64,000 bases of DNA from an uncultured Chloroflexia bacterium (GTDB taxonomy: Bacteria; Chloroflexota; Limnocylindria; Limnocylindrales; CSP1-4): NCBI GenBank assembly GCA_963748625.1, contig CAVVJT010000004.1:64001-128000 (forward strand), read 5' to 3'. Made by a program: the position numbers and the translations under genes. The notes beneath the pieces were generated by a model that saw nothing but the letters and a program-made list of their open reading frames with translations, ran no database searches and was not told the origin of the DNA. Of the stretch, positions 17,837 to 27,499 are shown piece by piece. The number at the start of each line of letters is the position of its first letter. The first letter of the stretch is position 1.

Positions 17837-19060
17837 TCAGGCCTCCAGGACCAGGACGTCCTTGGGGAAGCGCGTGAGCTGCCGCAGCGAGCGGGCAGCG
17901 GCGTCGAGATGGACGAGATCCTCGATCCGGACGCCCGTCTCGCCCTCGAGGTAGATGCCGGGCTCCACGCTGAACACCGTCGAACCGGGGAGCGGTGTCT
18001 GCGGCGCCCGGCGCGACAGGCTCGGCTCCTCGTGGGTCGCGAGGCCGATGCCATGCCCGAGGCCGTGCCCGTACGGTGCCCAGCGGCCGTCAGCCTCGAT
18101 CACGGCACGGGCGACGGCATCCACCGTCCGGCCGTCGGGGAGCGCGACGCCGCCCTCGGCGGCCGTCCGGATCAGCTCGATCGCCGCCGCCTGGGCCGCG
18201 GCGACCGTCTCATACACCGCGAGGTCCCGGGCTGACGGCTCGCCGATGAACAACGTCCGGGTCATGTCGCTGCGGTAGCCCTCGACCTGCGCCCCGAAGT
18301 CGAACAGCAGCACCGCACCCGCCAGGACCGGCCGGTCGCCGGGCGCACCGTGCGGCAGCGCCGCCTCGGGCCCGGCGAGACATGCGACATCGAACGCGAG
18401 GGCCTCGGCGCCCCCGGTCCGGATCAGCCACTCCAGGCGCAGCGCGAGGTCATGCTCCGTGACCCCTGGTCGGATCTCCGGCAGGAGCGCCGCGAGTGCC
18501 CGGTCCGCGACGGCGCAGGCCGCCTCGATCCGCTCGATCTCGTCGGGTGTCTTGACCGCGCGCATCGCCTCGATCCAGCCGTCCACCGGGACGAGCTCCA
18601 CGTCCGGCGCTGCGGCGGCGAGGCCCTGCCAGAGCAGGTGCGGGACCGCGGACGCCTCGACGGCAACACGCCGCGCACCCGCCCGGGCCACGAGGTCGGG
18701 CCAGGCCGCCTCCAGGTCATAGCCGATCTCGTCGATGCGGGCGTCGGGCGCCTCGCGACGTGCCTGGATCGTGTACCGCGAATCCGTGATCACGGTGACG
18801 TCGTCCGGGCCCACGACGAACTTGCCGGAGTGGCCCGCGACCTTGTCCTCGCCGGCACCGAGGGTGAACCCGGTCAGCCAGCGCATGTGCTCGGGCTTGA
18901 CGCCGAGGTAGGCGTCGACGCCCTCGGCGACCATCCGCTCGCGCAGGCGCCTGAGCCGGTCCGGCCGATGGGCCTGCTCGGCCTCGCGCCAGCCAGCACG
19001 GGTCGCCGCGTCGGGCGACACCGGGAAGTCGGCTGGAGTCGGAAGGACGGACCGCGTCAC
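17837..19060 (-). CDS. Xaa-Pro aminopeptidase (M24 family)
   Basis: TDSRY, RAVKTPDEI, LPHG, DFGA..GYRSDMTRT, HGLGHGIGL..HEEP, SVEPGIY, GVRIED. Confidence 0.93.
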   Translation of the reverse strand: MTRSVLPTPADFPVSPDAATRAGWREAEQAHRPDRLRRLRERMVAEGVDAYLGVKPEHMRWLTGFTLGAGEDKVAGHSGKFVVGPDDVTVITDSRYTIQARREAPDARIDEIGYDLEAAWPDLVARAGARRVAVEASAVPHLLWQGLAAAAPDVELVPVDGWIEAMRAVKTPDEIERIEAACAVADRALAALLPEIRPGVTEHDLALRLEWLIRTGGAEALAFDVACLAGPEAALPHGAPGDRPVLAGAVLLFDFGAQVEGYRSDMTRTLFIGEPSARDLAVYETVAAAQAAAIELIRTAAEGGVALPDGRTVDAVARAVIEADGRWAPYGHGLGHGIGLATHEEPSLSRRAPQTPLPGSTVFSVEPGIYLEGETGVRIEDLVHLDAAARSLRQLTRFPKDVLVLEA

Positions 19061-20448
19061 CGCGAGTTCTTGCCGTACTTCGCGACGTTCTTCTGGTGCT
19101 GGGCGAGGGTCTTGGCAAACGCGCTGGAGTCCGTGCCGTCACCCTTCGCGATGAAGAACAGGTAGCCGGCCTTCGTGTTCGGCGCGAGAGCCGCGTCGAT
19201 CGACGCGACGGATGGCGAGCAGATCGGGGACGGCGGCAGACCCTTGCTGGTGTACGTGTTGTAGCCGGCGATCCGCTTGGGCAGTGGCACGGGGAGCTGG
19301 TACCCCTCCGGCAACGAGTCCCAGAAGACGTACTTCGTCCACTCCTTGATCTTCATCTCGTCGAGCTTGAGCGTGTCGTGCGTGTAGAAGATCGTCGGGT
19401 CGGACTCGAGCAGGCCCGTCGCCCACATCTTGGGGTTGAGCCGGTTCTGGTAGACCCCGGCGATGAGGGCGCGCTCCTCGTCGAGAACGGCCTCGCGCTC
19501 GACGATCGAGGCGAGGATGAGGATCTCGTAGAAGGTGAGGCCGCGCTTCTCGGGCACAGCCATGCGCTCCGGGCCGACCTGGTCATAGAACGCATTGAGC
19601 ATCATGCGGATCAGGTCATCGGCGGTCGTGGGGCTGGCGCTGTCGATCCGCAAGGTGTACGTCGCCGGGTACAGGAACCCCTCGAGTGACGCCCCCTTGG
19701 GCCGGACGTCCTCGACGAGAATCCACGGGAAATCGCCCAGAATGGAATCCGGCGGATCCATGGCCAGCTTGTAGAACTCGGCGGGATCGACAGCGGAGTC
19801 GATCGTTGCGAGCTTGGCCGTCATCTGCTCGATCCTAAGTCCCTCGCGGAACGTGACGTCGAGCGTCTGGATGACGATCTTGTTCTCGACCAGGCCTGTG
19901 ACGACCTCGGCCGGCGTGAGGTTGGCGGCCAGGCGGTACCTCCCGGCGTCAAGCCGGCCCGCGAGGCCGGCCATCAGGGCCTCGAAGAGGAAGGCCCGCT
20001 CGCTCGTGATGATCCCCTGCTCGACGAGACGGGGCGCGAGGGCGGCCGGCGTGTCACCGGGCTCGACCGTGAACTCGATGGTGGCGGGGCTGATGCCCGC
20101 GGGCCGCGTCAGCTCGCCATCGAGCGCCTCCCGGTAGAGGTCTGCGACGAAGCCGATCCGCAGCGCCCCAGGGTTGCCCTCCGCCCACGGGACGACGAGT
20201 GCGCGCGTCAGTGGCCGTGCGACGGTCGTCAGGACCACGAGCACGGCGACCGCGAGGATCGCGAGGAACAGGATGAAGCGCAGGATGCCGCCCCGCCCGC
20301 GCTGGTCGCCGTAGCGCTCGTAGCGACGCTGGTCGCCCGGTCCACGTCCGTAGCGACCGGTGCGCTTGTAGCCATTGGGCCGCCGCTGGTCCGCGTCATC
20401 CGGGACGGCCATCGGCTCGCGCGCGCTCCGTCCGTTCCTGATGCTCAT
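19057..20448 (-). CDS. mltG: Endolytic transglycosylase MltG (YceG)
   Basis: N-terminal TM, AGRY, TFREGL, LEGFLYPATY, LASIVEREA, LESDPT, YNTY..GLPPSPICSP, YLFF. Confidence 0.93.
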   Translation of the reverse strand: MSIRNGRSAREPMAVPDDADQRRPNGYKRTGRYGRGPGDQRRYERYGDQRGRGGILRFILFLAILAVAVLVVLTTVARPLTRALVVPWAEGNPGALRIGFVADLYREALDGELTRPAGISPATIEFTVEPGDTPAALAPRLVEQGIITSERAFLFEALMAGLAGRLDAGRYRLAANLTPAEVVTGLVENKIVIQTLDVTFREGLRIEQMTAKLATIDSAVDPAEFYKLAMDPPDSILGDFPWILVEDVRPKGASLEGFLYPATYTLRIDSASPTTADDLIRMMLNAFYDQVGPERMAVPEKRGLTFYEILILASIVEREAVLDEERALIAGVYQNRLNPKMWATGLLESDPTIFYTHDTLKLDEMKIKEWTKYVFWDSLPEGYQLPVPLPKRIAGYNTYTSKGLPPSPICSPSVASIDAALAPNTKAGYLFFIAKGDGTDSSAFAKTLAQHQKNVAKYGKNSR

Positions 20449-20924
20449 CGGGACTCCTGCGTGTTGGCGGACAGTCCGCCACGGCGGGCATCCAGCTCGT
20501 CCTGGAGGATGACGCTCGCGGCCTCGCGATCGATTCGCGCCCGGAACGCGTTTCGCTGGGTCCGTGATGGGGCACCGCCCGATCGCCCGCGCGGCATGCG
20601 GCCCAGCCGCTGCTCGGCCTCGAAGGAGCTGAGACGCTCATCGCGCAGCGTCACGGGAAGCGCCAGGCGCTCGCCGATGGCACTCGCCCACTGGCGTGCG
20701 GCTGCTGCCATCTCGCCCTCATTGCCCCTGGCCTCGATGGGCAGGCCCACCACGAGCTCGGCGATGCCCTGCTCACCGCAGATGCGGCCCAGGACCGCCG
20801 CGTCGGCCTCGAGCGTGTCGCCGCGGTTCACCGTCTGCAACGGCCGAGCGATCCCGACGCCCGCGTCGGCCACCGCGATCCCGATCCGGCGCGAGCCCAG
20901 GTCCACGCCCAGGATCCGGCTCAT
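20445..20924 (-). CDS. ruvX: YqgF/RuvX family nuclease (pre-16S rRNA processing)
   Basis: ILGVDLGSRRIGIAVAD, VVGLP, DERLSS, IDREAASVILQ. Confidence 0.92.
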   Translation of the reverse strand: MSRILGVDLGSRRIGIAVADAGVGIARPLQTVNRGDTLEADAAVLGRICGEQGIAELVVGLPIEARGNEGEMAAAARQWASAIGERLALPVTLRDERLSSFEAEQRLGRMPRGRSGGAPSRTQRNAFRARIDREAASVILQDELDARRGGLSANTQESR

Positions 20925-21017
20925 GCGCGCGTCACAGCACACCGCCGACGGGCATCGACGGGTGGCTCGCGACCGGACGCGGCATGGCGCGACCGGGGAC
21001 TGCATTCGACTGGGGCA

Positions 21018-22829
21018 TCAGCCCGATGGTAGCGGCTCCTCGGCAGGCCCGCCGTTGGCGGGGTCCGACGCGTCAACCGGGTCGTTCACGATGACCGTCA
21101 CCCGCTGCTCGAGCGTGGGCACGGTCGTGACGAACCCGGGCCAGAGCTCCACGGAAGCCTCGCCATACCCGGCGAGCGCTGCCTCGGCCTCCTCCTGGGT
21201 CATGCCGAGCACCATGGCCTCGATGGCCGCGGCGTCCACGGGCACCACCTGCTTGGCCGAGACCGTCGCCTGGAACGTCACGGTGCCGTCCTCGTCGACG
21301 GTCCCATCGCCCACCGTGATCTCGGTCGAGCCCTCCACCAGGGTGGCGCCGTCGGCCACGAGCGCGTCGAGCTGCTGCGCAGCAAGCGCCTCGATGGGCG
21401 TCGTGTCTACCGCCAGCACCGTGCCGGTGGCGGTCATCACCAGCGTGAACGACTCCACCTCCTGGCCGACGAGCAATGCCGGATCCTCCGTCGGGGTCGC
21501 CTCGCCGAGCACGGCGGTGTCCGGGTAGGCCGTGTAGCCCGGCGGCACGCGATCCGCGTTCTCGACCTCGGTCTCGAACGTGGCCTCCAGGTCCTGCGCC
21601 AGGGTCGCGAGCGCGCCTTCGACGTCCTTCTTGGAGATGCGCGTGTAGCTGGTCTCGCTGCCGCCCGTGGTCTCGACCTGGTTGGTGACCCGCAGCACGG
21701 TGCGGTTGTACCGCGCCGGCACGATCCGGATCGTCCCGGCGGCAACGTTCCCTGTCTCACCGGGCTTCACCGCGGTCACGGCCACCTGGCTGGACTGGCA
21801 CTTGAGCTCGGGAGTGGTGCCGCCCCCGGAGATGATCGCGACGGGCAGGAACACGGACTCGTCGAGCGAGAAGGCGACACCGTCGGCGGTGCGGACCTGG
21901 GTCGCCCTGGGGATCGTGTAGGCCGCCGTGGGATCGCAGTTCGTCCAGCGCACGGCCCCGGTTGCGGGGGTCTTCTCGACGCGCTTGCCGGTGGCCGGGA
22001 AGTCCCCGGACGCCTCCACTGGGATCTCGATGACCTCGGCCGGGATCGTGAGCGCCTCAGCGTCGACGCTGGGTGCGTCGGGATCAGCGGTCACCGTGAG
22101 CGAGACCGGGCCCACAGGCTCGATCTGCGGCGTGACGGTGATGGTCGCGGACGGCAGGAACAGGTAGGCGGCGACGCCGGCGATCCCCAGCGCAACGACG
22201 AGGACCAGGATGCCGGCGATGAGGCCCGCCGGCACCCGGCGGCGCTTGCGCACGACAGGTGGGGCCGCGGGGCGGGGTGCAACGGGGGCTTCACGACTGC
22301 GCTGGACGACGGCATCAAGCCGTGCGGCCTCGTCGGGGGTCTGTGGCCGGGCCGCCGAGCCTGCTGCGACGCCGGTGGCGAAGCCCGCGACAGCGCCCGC
22401 CGGCTGCGCGCCGGCGACACCCTGGCCTCGCGGCACCGTGAGATCGTCCGAGTGGCCTGCACCTGCGCCTGATGCGGCTCCCGCGACCGCCGCCGACCCG
22501 GCGATTGCCGCCGCTCCGCCGATCGCCGTTGCTCCGTCCTCGCCGCCCGCCGGCATGGCGAGCGCTGCCTCGTACTCCCCCACCGAGCCGAACACCGGGA
22601 TCCCCGCTGACGCCGCGAGCGCTCGTGCGGACGCGTCGGGAGCGACGATGTCGAGGCGCCGGCCCTCACGCATCGCCTCTCGGGCGAGCAGCCGGAAGTT
22701 GATGCGCGATGTGGCCACGCGGGAACCGAACGGGACCACCAGCGCCACCCGCGTGTCCGGGGCATGGCGGATGCGCATCGCGGCCGAGGTGATCTCGTCC
22801 TCCGGGTCGAGGTAGACGATCGTGGGCAC
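21018..22829 (-). CDS. Bitopic membrane protein with an extracytoplasmic baseplate J/gp47-like domain
   Basis: N-terminal alpha/beta domain (YLDPEDEITS...LVVP..SRINFRLL), Ala/Gly linker, KRRR plus TM helix, LPSATITVTP, ATG..ATGAVRWTN..IPRAT..ADGVAF..VTAVKPGETGNVAAGTI..VTNQ..TTGG. Confidence 0.75.
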   Translation of the reverse strand: MPTIVYLDPEDEITSAAMRIRHAPDTRVALVVPFGSRVATSRINFRLLAREAMREGRRLDIVAPDASARALAASAGIPVFGSVGEYEAALAMPAGGEDGATAIGGAAAIAGSAAVAGAASGAGAGHSDDLTVPRGQGVAGAQPAGAVAGFATGVAAGSAARPQTPDEAARLDAVVQRSREAPVAPRPAAPPVVRKRRRVPAGLIAGILVLVVALGIAGVAAYLFLPSATITVTPQIEPVGPVSLTVTADPDAPSVDAEALTIPAEVIEIPVEASGDFPATGKRVEKTPATGAVRWTNCDPTAAYTIPRATQVRTADGVAFSLDESVFLPVAIISGGGTTPELKCQSSQVAVTAVKPGETGNVAAGTIRIVPARYNRTVLRVTNQVETTGGSETSYTRISKKDVEGALATLAQDLEATFETEVENADRVPPGYTAYPDTAVLGEATPTEDPALLVGQEVESFTLVMTATGTVLAVDTTPIEALAAQQLDALVADGATLVEGSTEITVGDGTVDEDGTVTFQATVSAKQVVPVDAAAIEAMVLGMTQEEAEAALAGYGEASVELWPGFVTTVPTLEQRVTVIVNDPVDASDPANGGPAEEPLPSG

Positions 22830-22832
22830 GGA

Positions 22833-24095
22833 CTAGACCTTCATCGCGCGCAGCACGCGGCGCAGCGCGGTGTCGAGGGGATCCTCGGTCGTCTGGAGCT
22901 CGATCGCCTGCCAGGCGAGGCCCAACGGCGTGACGTCCTGCTGGTCCACGAGCAGGTGGGTCGCGTCGGATATGGCATCGACCTGGTCCGGGGCCATGAT
23001 CGTCACCTCGGGTGGGCGGGCGAAGGGAAGGCTCTTCCAGAACCGCTCTCCGGCGAGCGCCTCCTTGACCTCGGGGAGCCTGGAGCCACCACCGCAGAGG
23101 TAGATGCGGGACGGGAGCATCTCGCCCGCCGCCAGCTCCTCCATGACAAGCTCGACCCCGGCAGCCCACACCGCGGTGTCGTCGCCGACGATCTCCTGGA
23201 CGTCCTCGCGCTCACGCATCTGCAGGCCCCGCGCGTAGTCGACCTTGAGGGCTTCCGCCCGCGGGAACGGCAGGTCCATGCGGTCGGCGATGGACTTGGT
23301 GAATGCCCGGCCGCCAAGGGCGAACATGCGGGTGCCCTCGATGCCACCCTGGCGCACGAGCGCGACGTCCGTGGTCCCACCCCCGACGTCAATGAACAGG
23401 GCGCCCGACTGGCGCACGTGGTCGGCTCCCAGCACCCGGGCCACGGCATATGGCTCGGCCACGATCTCGAGCAGGTCGAGGTCGAGCTGGCTCGCGACCG
23501 ACTGCAGCGCACCAAGATGGACGAGCGGGGCGAAGGCGTTGAAGATGCCGATCCTGACGTGGCGGCCCTGGAACCCGACCGGATTCGTGAGGCCGTAGCC
23601 GTCGATGGACGCGCCCACCACGGCGCTGTGGACCAGCCGGACATCAACGTGTGGCAGGCCCGTCTCCCAGGTGATCGAGCGCTCGGCCTCGATCAGTGCC
23701 TCGCGCTGGACCGAGTCGATGAGCTTGACCAGCTCGCCATCGGTGATGGGCACCTCGGGCTTCTTGCGCTCCTGGGTGAGCGTCGTGGTGAAGCCCTTGA
23801 CGAGCTCGCCGGCGATGCCGATGACCACCTGGGTGGGCCGGAAGCCGGCCATCTCCTCGGCCTCCTGGAGCGCCACGGCGCAGTTGTCCACCACCGCCGC
23901 GATGTCCGCGACGGTGCCCGACTGCATGTGGGACAGGCCCTGCCGCTGGCGGCCGACGCCGCGCACCGTGCCATGCCCCGTCTCGTCGATCTCGAAGACG
24001 AGGGCCTTCGCGAACTCGGTCCCGATGTCCAGCGCCGTGCACGCGGCGGGGACGGGGCCCTCGTCGCGGTTCAGGATGCGGCGCAGGAACGACAT
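22833..24095 (-). CDS. FtsA-like actin-fold ATPase
   Basis: ALDIGTEFAKA (phosphate 1), AEPYA, FIDVGGGTTDVA (phosphate 2), GGRAFT, AEALK, LCGGGSRL (adenosine). No ftsZ or ftsQ nearby. Confidence 0.85.
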   Translation of the reverse strand: MSFLRRILNRDEGPVPAACTALDIGTEFAKALVFEIDETGHGTVRGVGRQRQGLSHMQSGTVADIAAVVDNCAVALQEAEEMAGFRPTQVVIGIAGELVKGFTTTLTQERKKPEVPITDGELVKLIDSVQREALIEAERSITWETGLPHVDVRLVHSAVVGASIDGYGLTNPVGFQGRHVRIGIFNAFAPLVHLGALQSVASQLDLDLLEIVAEPYAVARVLGADHVRQSGALFIDVGGGTTDVALVRQGGIEGTRMFALGGRAFTKSIADRMDLPFPRAEALKVDYARGLQMREREDVQEIVGDDTAVWAAGVELVMEELAAGEMLPSRIYLCGGGSRLPEVKEALAGERFWKSLPFARPPEVTIMAPDQVDAISDATHLLVDQQDVTPLGLAWQAIELQTTEDPLDTALRRVLRAMKV

Positions 24096-24130
24096 CTAGG
24101 CTCGGGCTTCGCAGGGGGCGGAGATCGGGG

Positions 24131-26920
24131 TCACGCCCGCGCGACCAGGTCCGCCACCGCGGCACGCACGGCCGTGATCGCATCCCCGAGCCCCTCGCGG
24201 CGGGTGCCCTTCCCCTGGGCCATCTGCGGGCGTCCGCCGCCACGGCCATCGATGCCGGCCACGGCACCCTGGACGAGCGGACCCGCCGCGATGCCACGCG
24301 CCACGAGGTCGTCGCTCACGGTGACGAAGATCTGCGGCTCGTCGGCATCGAGGCCGACCGCGATCACGCCTGACGGCAGCGACCCGCGCATGTCCTTGGC
24401 GAAGCCCTTGAGCTCGTCGATGCCCTCGAGGTCGAGGATGGCGCCGGCGAACAGCACACCCGGTGCGAGCTCCTCGGCCTTGGCCGCGACCTCGCCCGGC
24501 TTGGGTCGGCCGCCGGCCGCGGCGCCCGCCTTGAGCCTGCGCTTCGTCTCGCGGAGCTCGTCCTGGAGGGACTGGATCCGGTCCTCCAGGGCCTCGGGGC
24601 CTCGTGCGGCGACGGCGACTGTCGCCCGATCAAGTAGGGCGAAGCGCTCCTCCATGAGACGGTCCGCACCGGCGCCAGTCACGGCCTCGACCCGGCGCAT
24701 GCCCGAGCCGATGCTCTTCTCGCTGGTGATCACGAAGTTGCCGATCTGCCCGCTGGCGCGGCAGTGGGTGCCGCCGCACAGCTCATGGCTGAAGCCTTCG
24801 ACGCGGATGGTCCGCACCCGCTCACCGTACTTCTCGTCGAAGAAGGCGTCGGCGCCGGCGGCCTGGGCCTCGGCCATGGTCATCCACTCGATGCTGACCG
24901 GCCGGTCCTCGCGGACCGCCTCGCGGACCTGCCGCTCGATCGCGAGCTTCTCGTCGTCGGTGAGCCCGCGGTCGAACGGGAAGTCGAAGCGCAGGTAGTC
25001 CGGGTGGACCAGCGAGCCCGCCTGGCGCGCCCGCTCCCCCACCACGTTGCGTAGGGCCCGATGCAGCAGGTGCGTGCCTGTGTGGTTGCGCATGATGTGG
25101 GCCCGGCGCTCGGCGTCCACGACGCCGGCCACGGTCTCGCCGACCTGCACGCGGCCGCGCAGGACGCCGCGATGGACGGTGAGGCCTGCGGTCTGGGTGC
25201 CGGCGACGCGCTGGACATCCTCCACCTCGAGCAGGACGGTGCCGTCGTCCGAGGTGATGACGCCAGTGTCGGCGACCTGGCCGCCCGACTCCGCGTAGAA
25301 GGGTGTCTCGGCGAGAACGATCTCCACGCGTCCGCCAGACCCGGCCGCCGAGACCGCCTCGAGCGAGTCGTACTCGGTGCCGTCGCGCAGGATCGCGACA
25401 ACCTGGCCATGGGCGGTGGTGGTCTCGTAGCCGAGGAACCGGGTGGCCGCCGTGCGGGCAAGGATCTCCTGGTAGCGCGAGGCGGCGAGGTTGACGTCGG
25501 TCAGGCCGGCCTTCGTGTTTGCCCGGCTGCGCTCCCGCTGCTCCGCGAGCGCGTCCTGGAAGCCCGCGAGATCGGTCCGGACGCCGTACTCGGCCGCCAG
25601 CTCGACGGTGAGGTCGATCGGGAAGCCGTAGGTGTCGTGCAGGCGGAACGCGATGTCGCCTTTGAGGATCGGCGCGTCGGCCGGCAGGTGCTCCGCGGAC
25701 TGGCCCACCACGCGGGGCTCACTGGTGAGCGCCTCCAGGGCGTCCTCCAGGAGGCCGACGCCGGCCTCGAGGGTCCGGTTGAACTGCCTGTCCTCGCGCT
25801 CGATCACGGCGAGGATCTCGTCGCGGCGCTCGAGCAGGTTGGGGTAGGCGACGCCCATGGTGTCGATCACGACCTTGGCCATCTCGCCCAGGAACGGCTC
25901 GTGCCAGCCGAGCAGCCGCCCGTGGCGGATGGCCCGGCGCATGATCCGGCGCATGACGTAGCCGCGACCCTCGTTGGACGGCAGGACGCCGTCGGCGGCG
26001 AGGAACGTGACCGCGCGGCTGTGGTCCGCGATGACCTGGTAGCTGAAGCGCTGCGCTTCGAACGTGTCAGGATCGCTGCCGAGCAGCTCGCGCATGCGGG
26101 CGTGGAGCGGCGCGAACAGATCGGTGTCGTAGTTGGTCGTCACGCCCTGGACGACGCTGGCGATCCGCTCGAGGCCCATGCCGGTGTCCACGCCGGGGGC
26201 CGGCAGCGGGGTCAGGCTCCGGTCGGGATGGAGCTCGAACTCCATGAAGACCAGGTTCCAGACCTCCAGCCACCGCGGGCAGTGCTCGCTGTGGTCAGGA
26301 ACGCATTCCGGGCCCTCGGAGAGGTGGACGCCGCGGTCGTAGTGGAGCTCCGAGCAGGGGCCGCACGGACCCACGTCGCCCATGCGCCACCAGTTCGCCT
26401 CGTCACCGGCCGGGAAGTCACCCCAGCGCACGAGCCGCTCCGGGGGCAGCCCGATCTCGTTCTTCCAGACGTCGTGCGCGAAGTCGTCGGTCGAGTAGAC
26501 GGTTGCCGCGAGACGGTCGGCCGGGATCTGGAGGTCCTGCGTCAGGAACTCCCAGGCCCAGTGGATGGCCTCGCGCTTGAAGTAGTCGCCGAAGCTCCAG
26601 TTGCCGAGCATCTCGAAGAGCGTGTGGTGACGCGGTGTGCGCCCGACCTCCTCGAAGTCGTTGTGCTTGCCGGCGACGCGCAGGCAGCGCTGGTAGTCCA
26701 CCGCGCGGACGTAGTCCCGCTTCTCCACGCCGGTCAGGGCGTCCTTGAACTGGACCATGCCGGAGTTCGTGAAGAGCAGGGTCTGGTCACCCGCCGGCAC
26801 GAGGCTGGCGCTGGGCACGACAGTGTGGCCGCGCGCCGCGAAGAAGTCGACGAAGCGCTGGCGGACCTCCGCGGCGGGGAGGAAGGGAATGGTCGGGTCG
26901 GACGGACTCTGGGTGGACAT
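24131..26920 (-). CDS. alaS: Alanine--tRNA ligase
   Basis: LLFTNSGMVQFK, HHTLFEMLGNWSFGDYFK, GPCGPCSE, DTGMGLER, HTGTH and ELCGGTH editing motifs, GGGRPQMAQG. Confidence 0.97.
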   Translation of the reverse strand: MSTQSPSDPTIPFLPAAEVRQRFVDFFAARGHTVVPSASLVPAGDQTLLFTNSGMVQFKDALTGVEKRDYVRAVDYQRCLRVAGKHNDFEEVGRTPRHHTLFEMLGNWSFGDYFKREAIHWAWEFLTQDLQIPADRLAATVYSTDDFAHDVWKNEIGLPPERLVRWGDFPAGDEANWWRMGDVGPCGPCSELHYDRGVHLSEGPECVPDHSEHCPRWLEVWNLVFMEFELHPDRSLTPLPAPGVDTGMGLERIASVVQGVTTNYDTDLFAPLHARMRELLGSDPDTFEAQRFSYQVIADHSRAVTFLAADGVLPSNEGRGYVMRRIMRRAIRHGRLLGWHEPFLGEMAKVVIDTMGVAYPNLLERRDEILAVIEREDRQFNRTLEAGVGLLEDALEALTSEPRVVGQSAEHLPADAPILKGDIAFRLHDTYGFPIDLTVELAAEYGVRTDLAGFQDALAEQRERSRANTKAGLTDVNLAASRYQEILARTAATRFLGYETTTAHGQVVAILRDGTEYDSLEAVSAAGSGGRVEIVLAETPFYAESGGQVADTGVITSDDGTVLLEVEDVQRVAGTQTAGLTVHRGVLRGRVQVGETVAGVVDAERRAHIMRNHTGTHLLHRALRNVVGERARQAGSLVHPDYLRFDFPFDRGLTDDEKLAIERQVREAVREDRPVSIEWMTMAEAQAAGADAFFDEKYGERVRTIRVEGFSHELCGGTHCRASGQIGNFVITSEKSIGSGMRRVEAVTGAGADRLMEERFALLDRATVAVAARGPEALEDRIQSLQDELRETKRRLKAGAAAGGRPKPGEVAAKAEELAPGVLFAGAILDLEGIDELKGFAKDMRGSLPSGVIAVGLDADEPQIFVTVSDDLVARGIAAGPLVQGAVAGIDGRGGGRPQMAQGKGTRREGLGDAITAVRAAVADLVARA

Positions 26921-26927
26921 CGGGCCA

Positions 26928-26933
26928 ATGGTA
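26928..26933 (-). promoter_or_regulatory. Putative -10 box TACCAT, 7 nt before the alaS ATG (leaderless)
   Basis: TACCAT-TGGCCCG-ATG on the minus strand. Confidence 0.55.
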
Positions 26934-27070
26934 GCGAACGGGGTCCCACTCGACCGGACTGGGTCCGGCGGGTGCCGCCAGCCCCGGCGGTCCCGGCGGC
27001 CTCGGCGGCCTCGGCCCACGACCGTCGCACCCTGGAGGCGGGTCTCATCCGCAGGAGGATGGTCTGGCGC

Positions 27071-27232
27071 ATTCATCCGTGCAGGAATGGAATCCGAGGA
27101 GTGCGTGCAGGGCTCAGGGCCAGAGGTCGGGGTTCGGCGTCTGACCCCCGTACGGCCGGGGCGATTCTGATCCGCACCGGGATTGTTGGCAGATTCGATC
27201 CGCGCAGGGATGGAATCAGGGGCGGGCGAGCA
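27071..27232. repeat. Degenerate ~40-bp direct repeat with internal palindromy (copies at 27071 and 27193, partial at 27164)
   Basis: attc-atccgtgcaggaatggaatccgaggagtgcgtgca versus attcgatccgcgcagggatggaatcaggggcgggcgagca. Confidence 0.55.
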
Positions 27233-27286
27233 CGAGCAGTGTGCTCCCGACCGGAGCCCGTCCGGGCGGCTGCATGGTCACGGCCG

Positions 27287-27499
27287 TCAGGCGCGGGTGG
27301 CAGGCCCTCCGCCATGCCGGTTCCGCAGGAGGATGCCCGCGAGTGCGGCACCCACCAGCGCGCCCGCAACGATGCCGCGCAGGAGCTGGCTTGGACGGTC
27401 GCCTTGTCCGCCGAGCAGTCCGGCGATCTCGTCCACCGCTCCCAGGCCAGCCACCGGGGGGCGATCGGACGCGCCGCGCGTGGGGCGCAGCCGGCTCAC
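27287..27499 (-). CDS. Small hypothetical protein with a C-terminal hydrophobic helix
   Basis: GTGA overlap with the upstream gene; LLRGIVAGALVGAALAGILLR. Confidence 0.55.
   Translation of the reverse strand: MSRLRPTRGASDRPPVAGLGAVDEIAGLLGGQGDRPSQLLRGIVAGALVGAALAGILLRNRHGGGPATRA

Noticed and set aside
21018-22829. Prophage or contractile injection system suggested by the baseplate-J-like domain
   Set aside because: No sheath, tube, spike, capsid or terminase genes; the protein has a TM anchor and housekeeping neighbours.
26921-27070. T-box leader for alaS (TGGGACC present on the minus strand)
   Set aside because: No antiterminator pairing or stem I motifs were found, and a -10 box directly before the ATG suggests a leaderless transcript.
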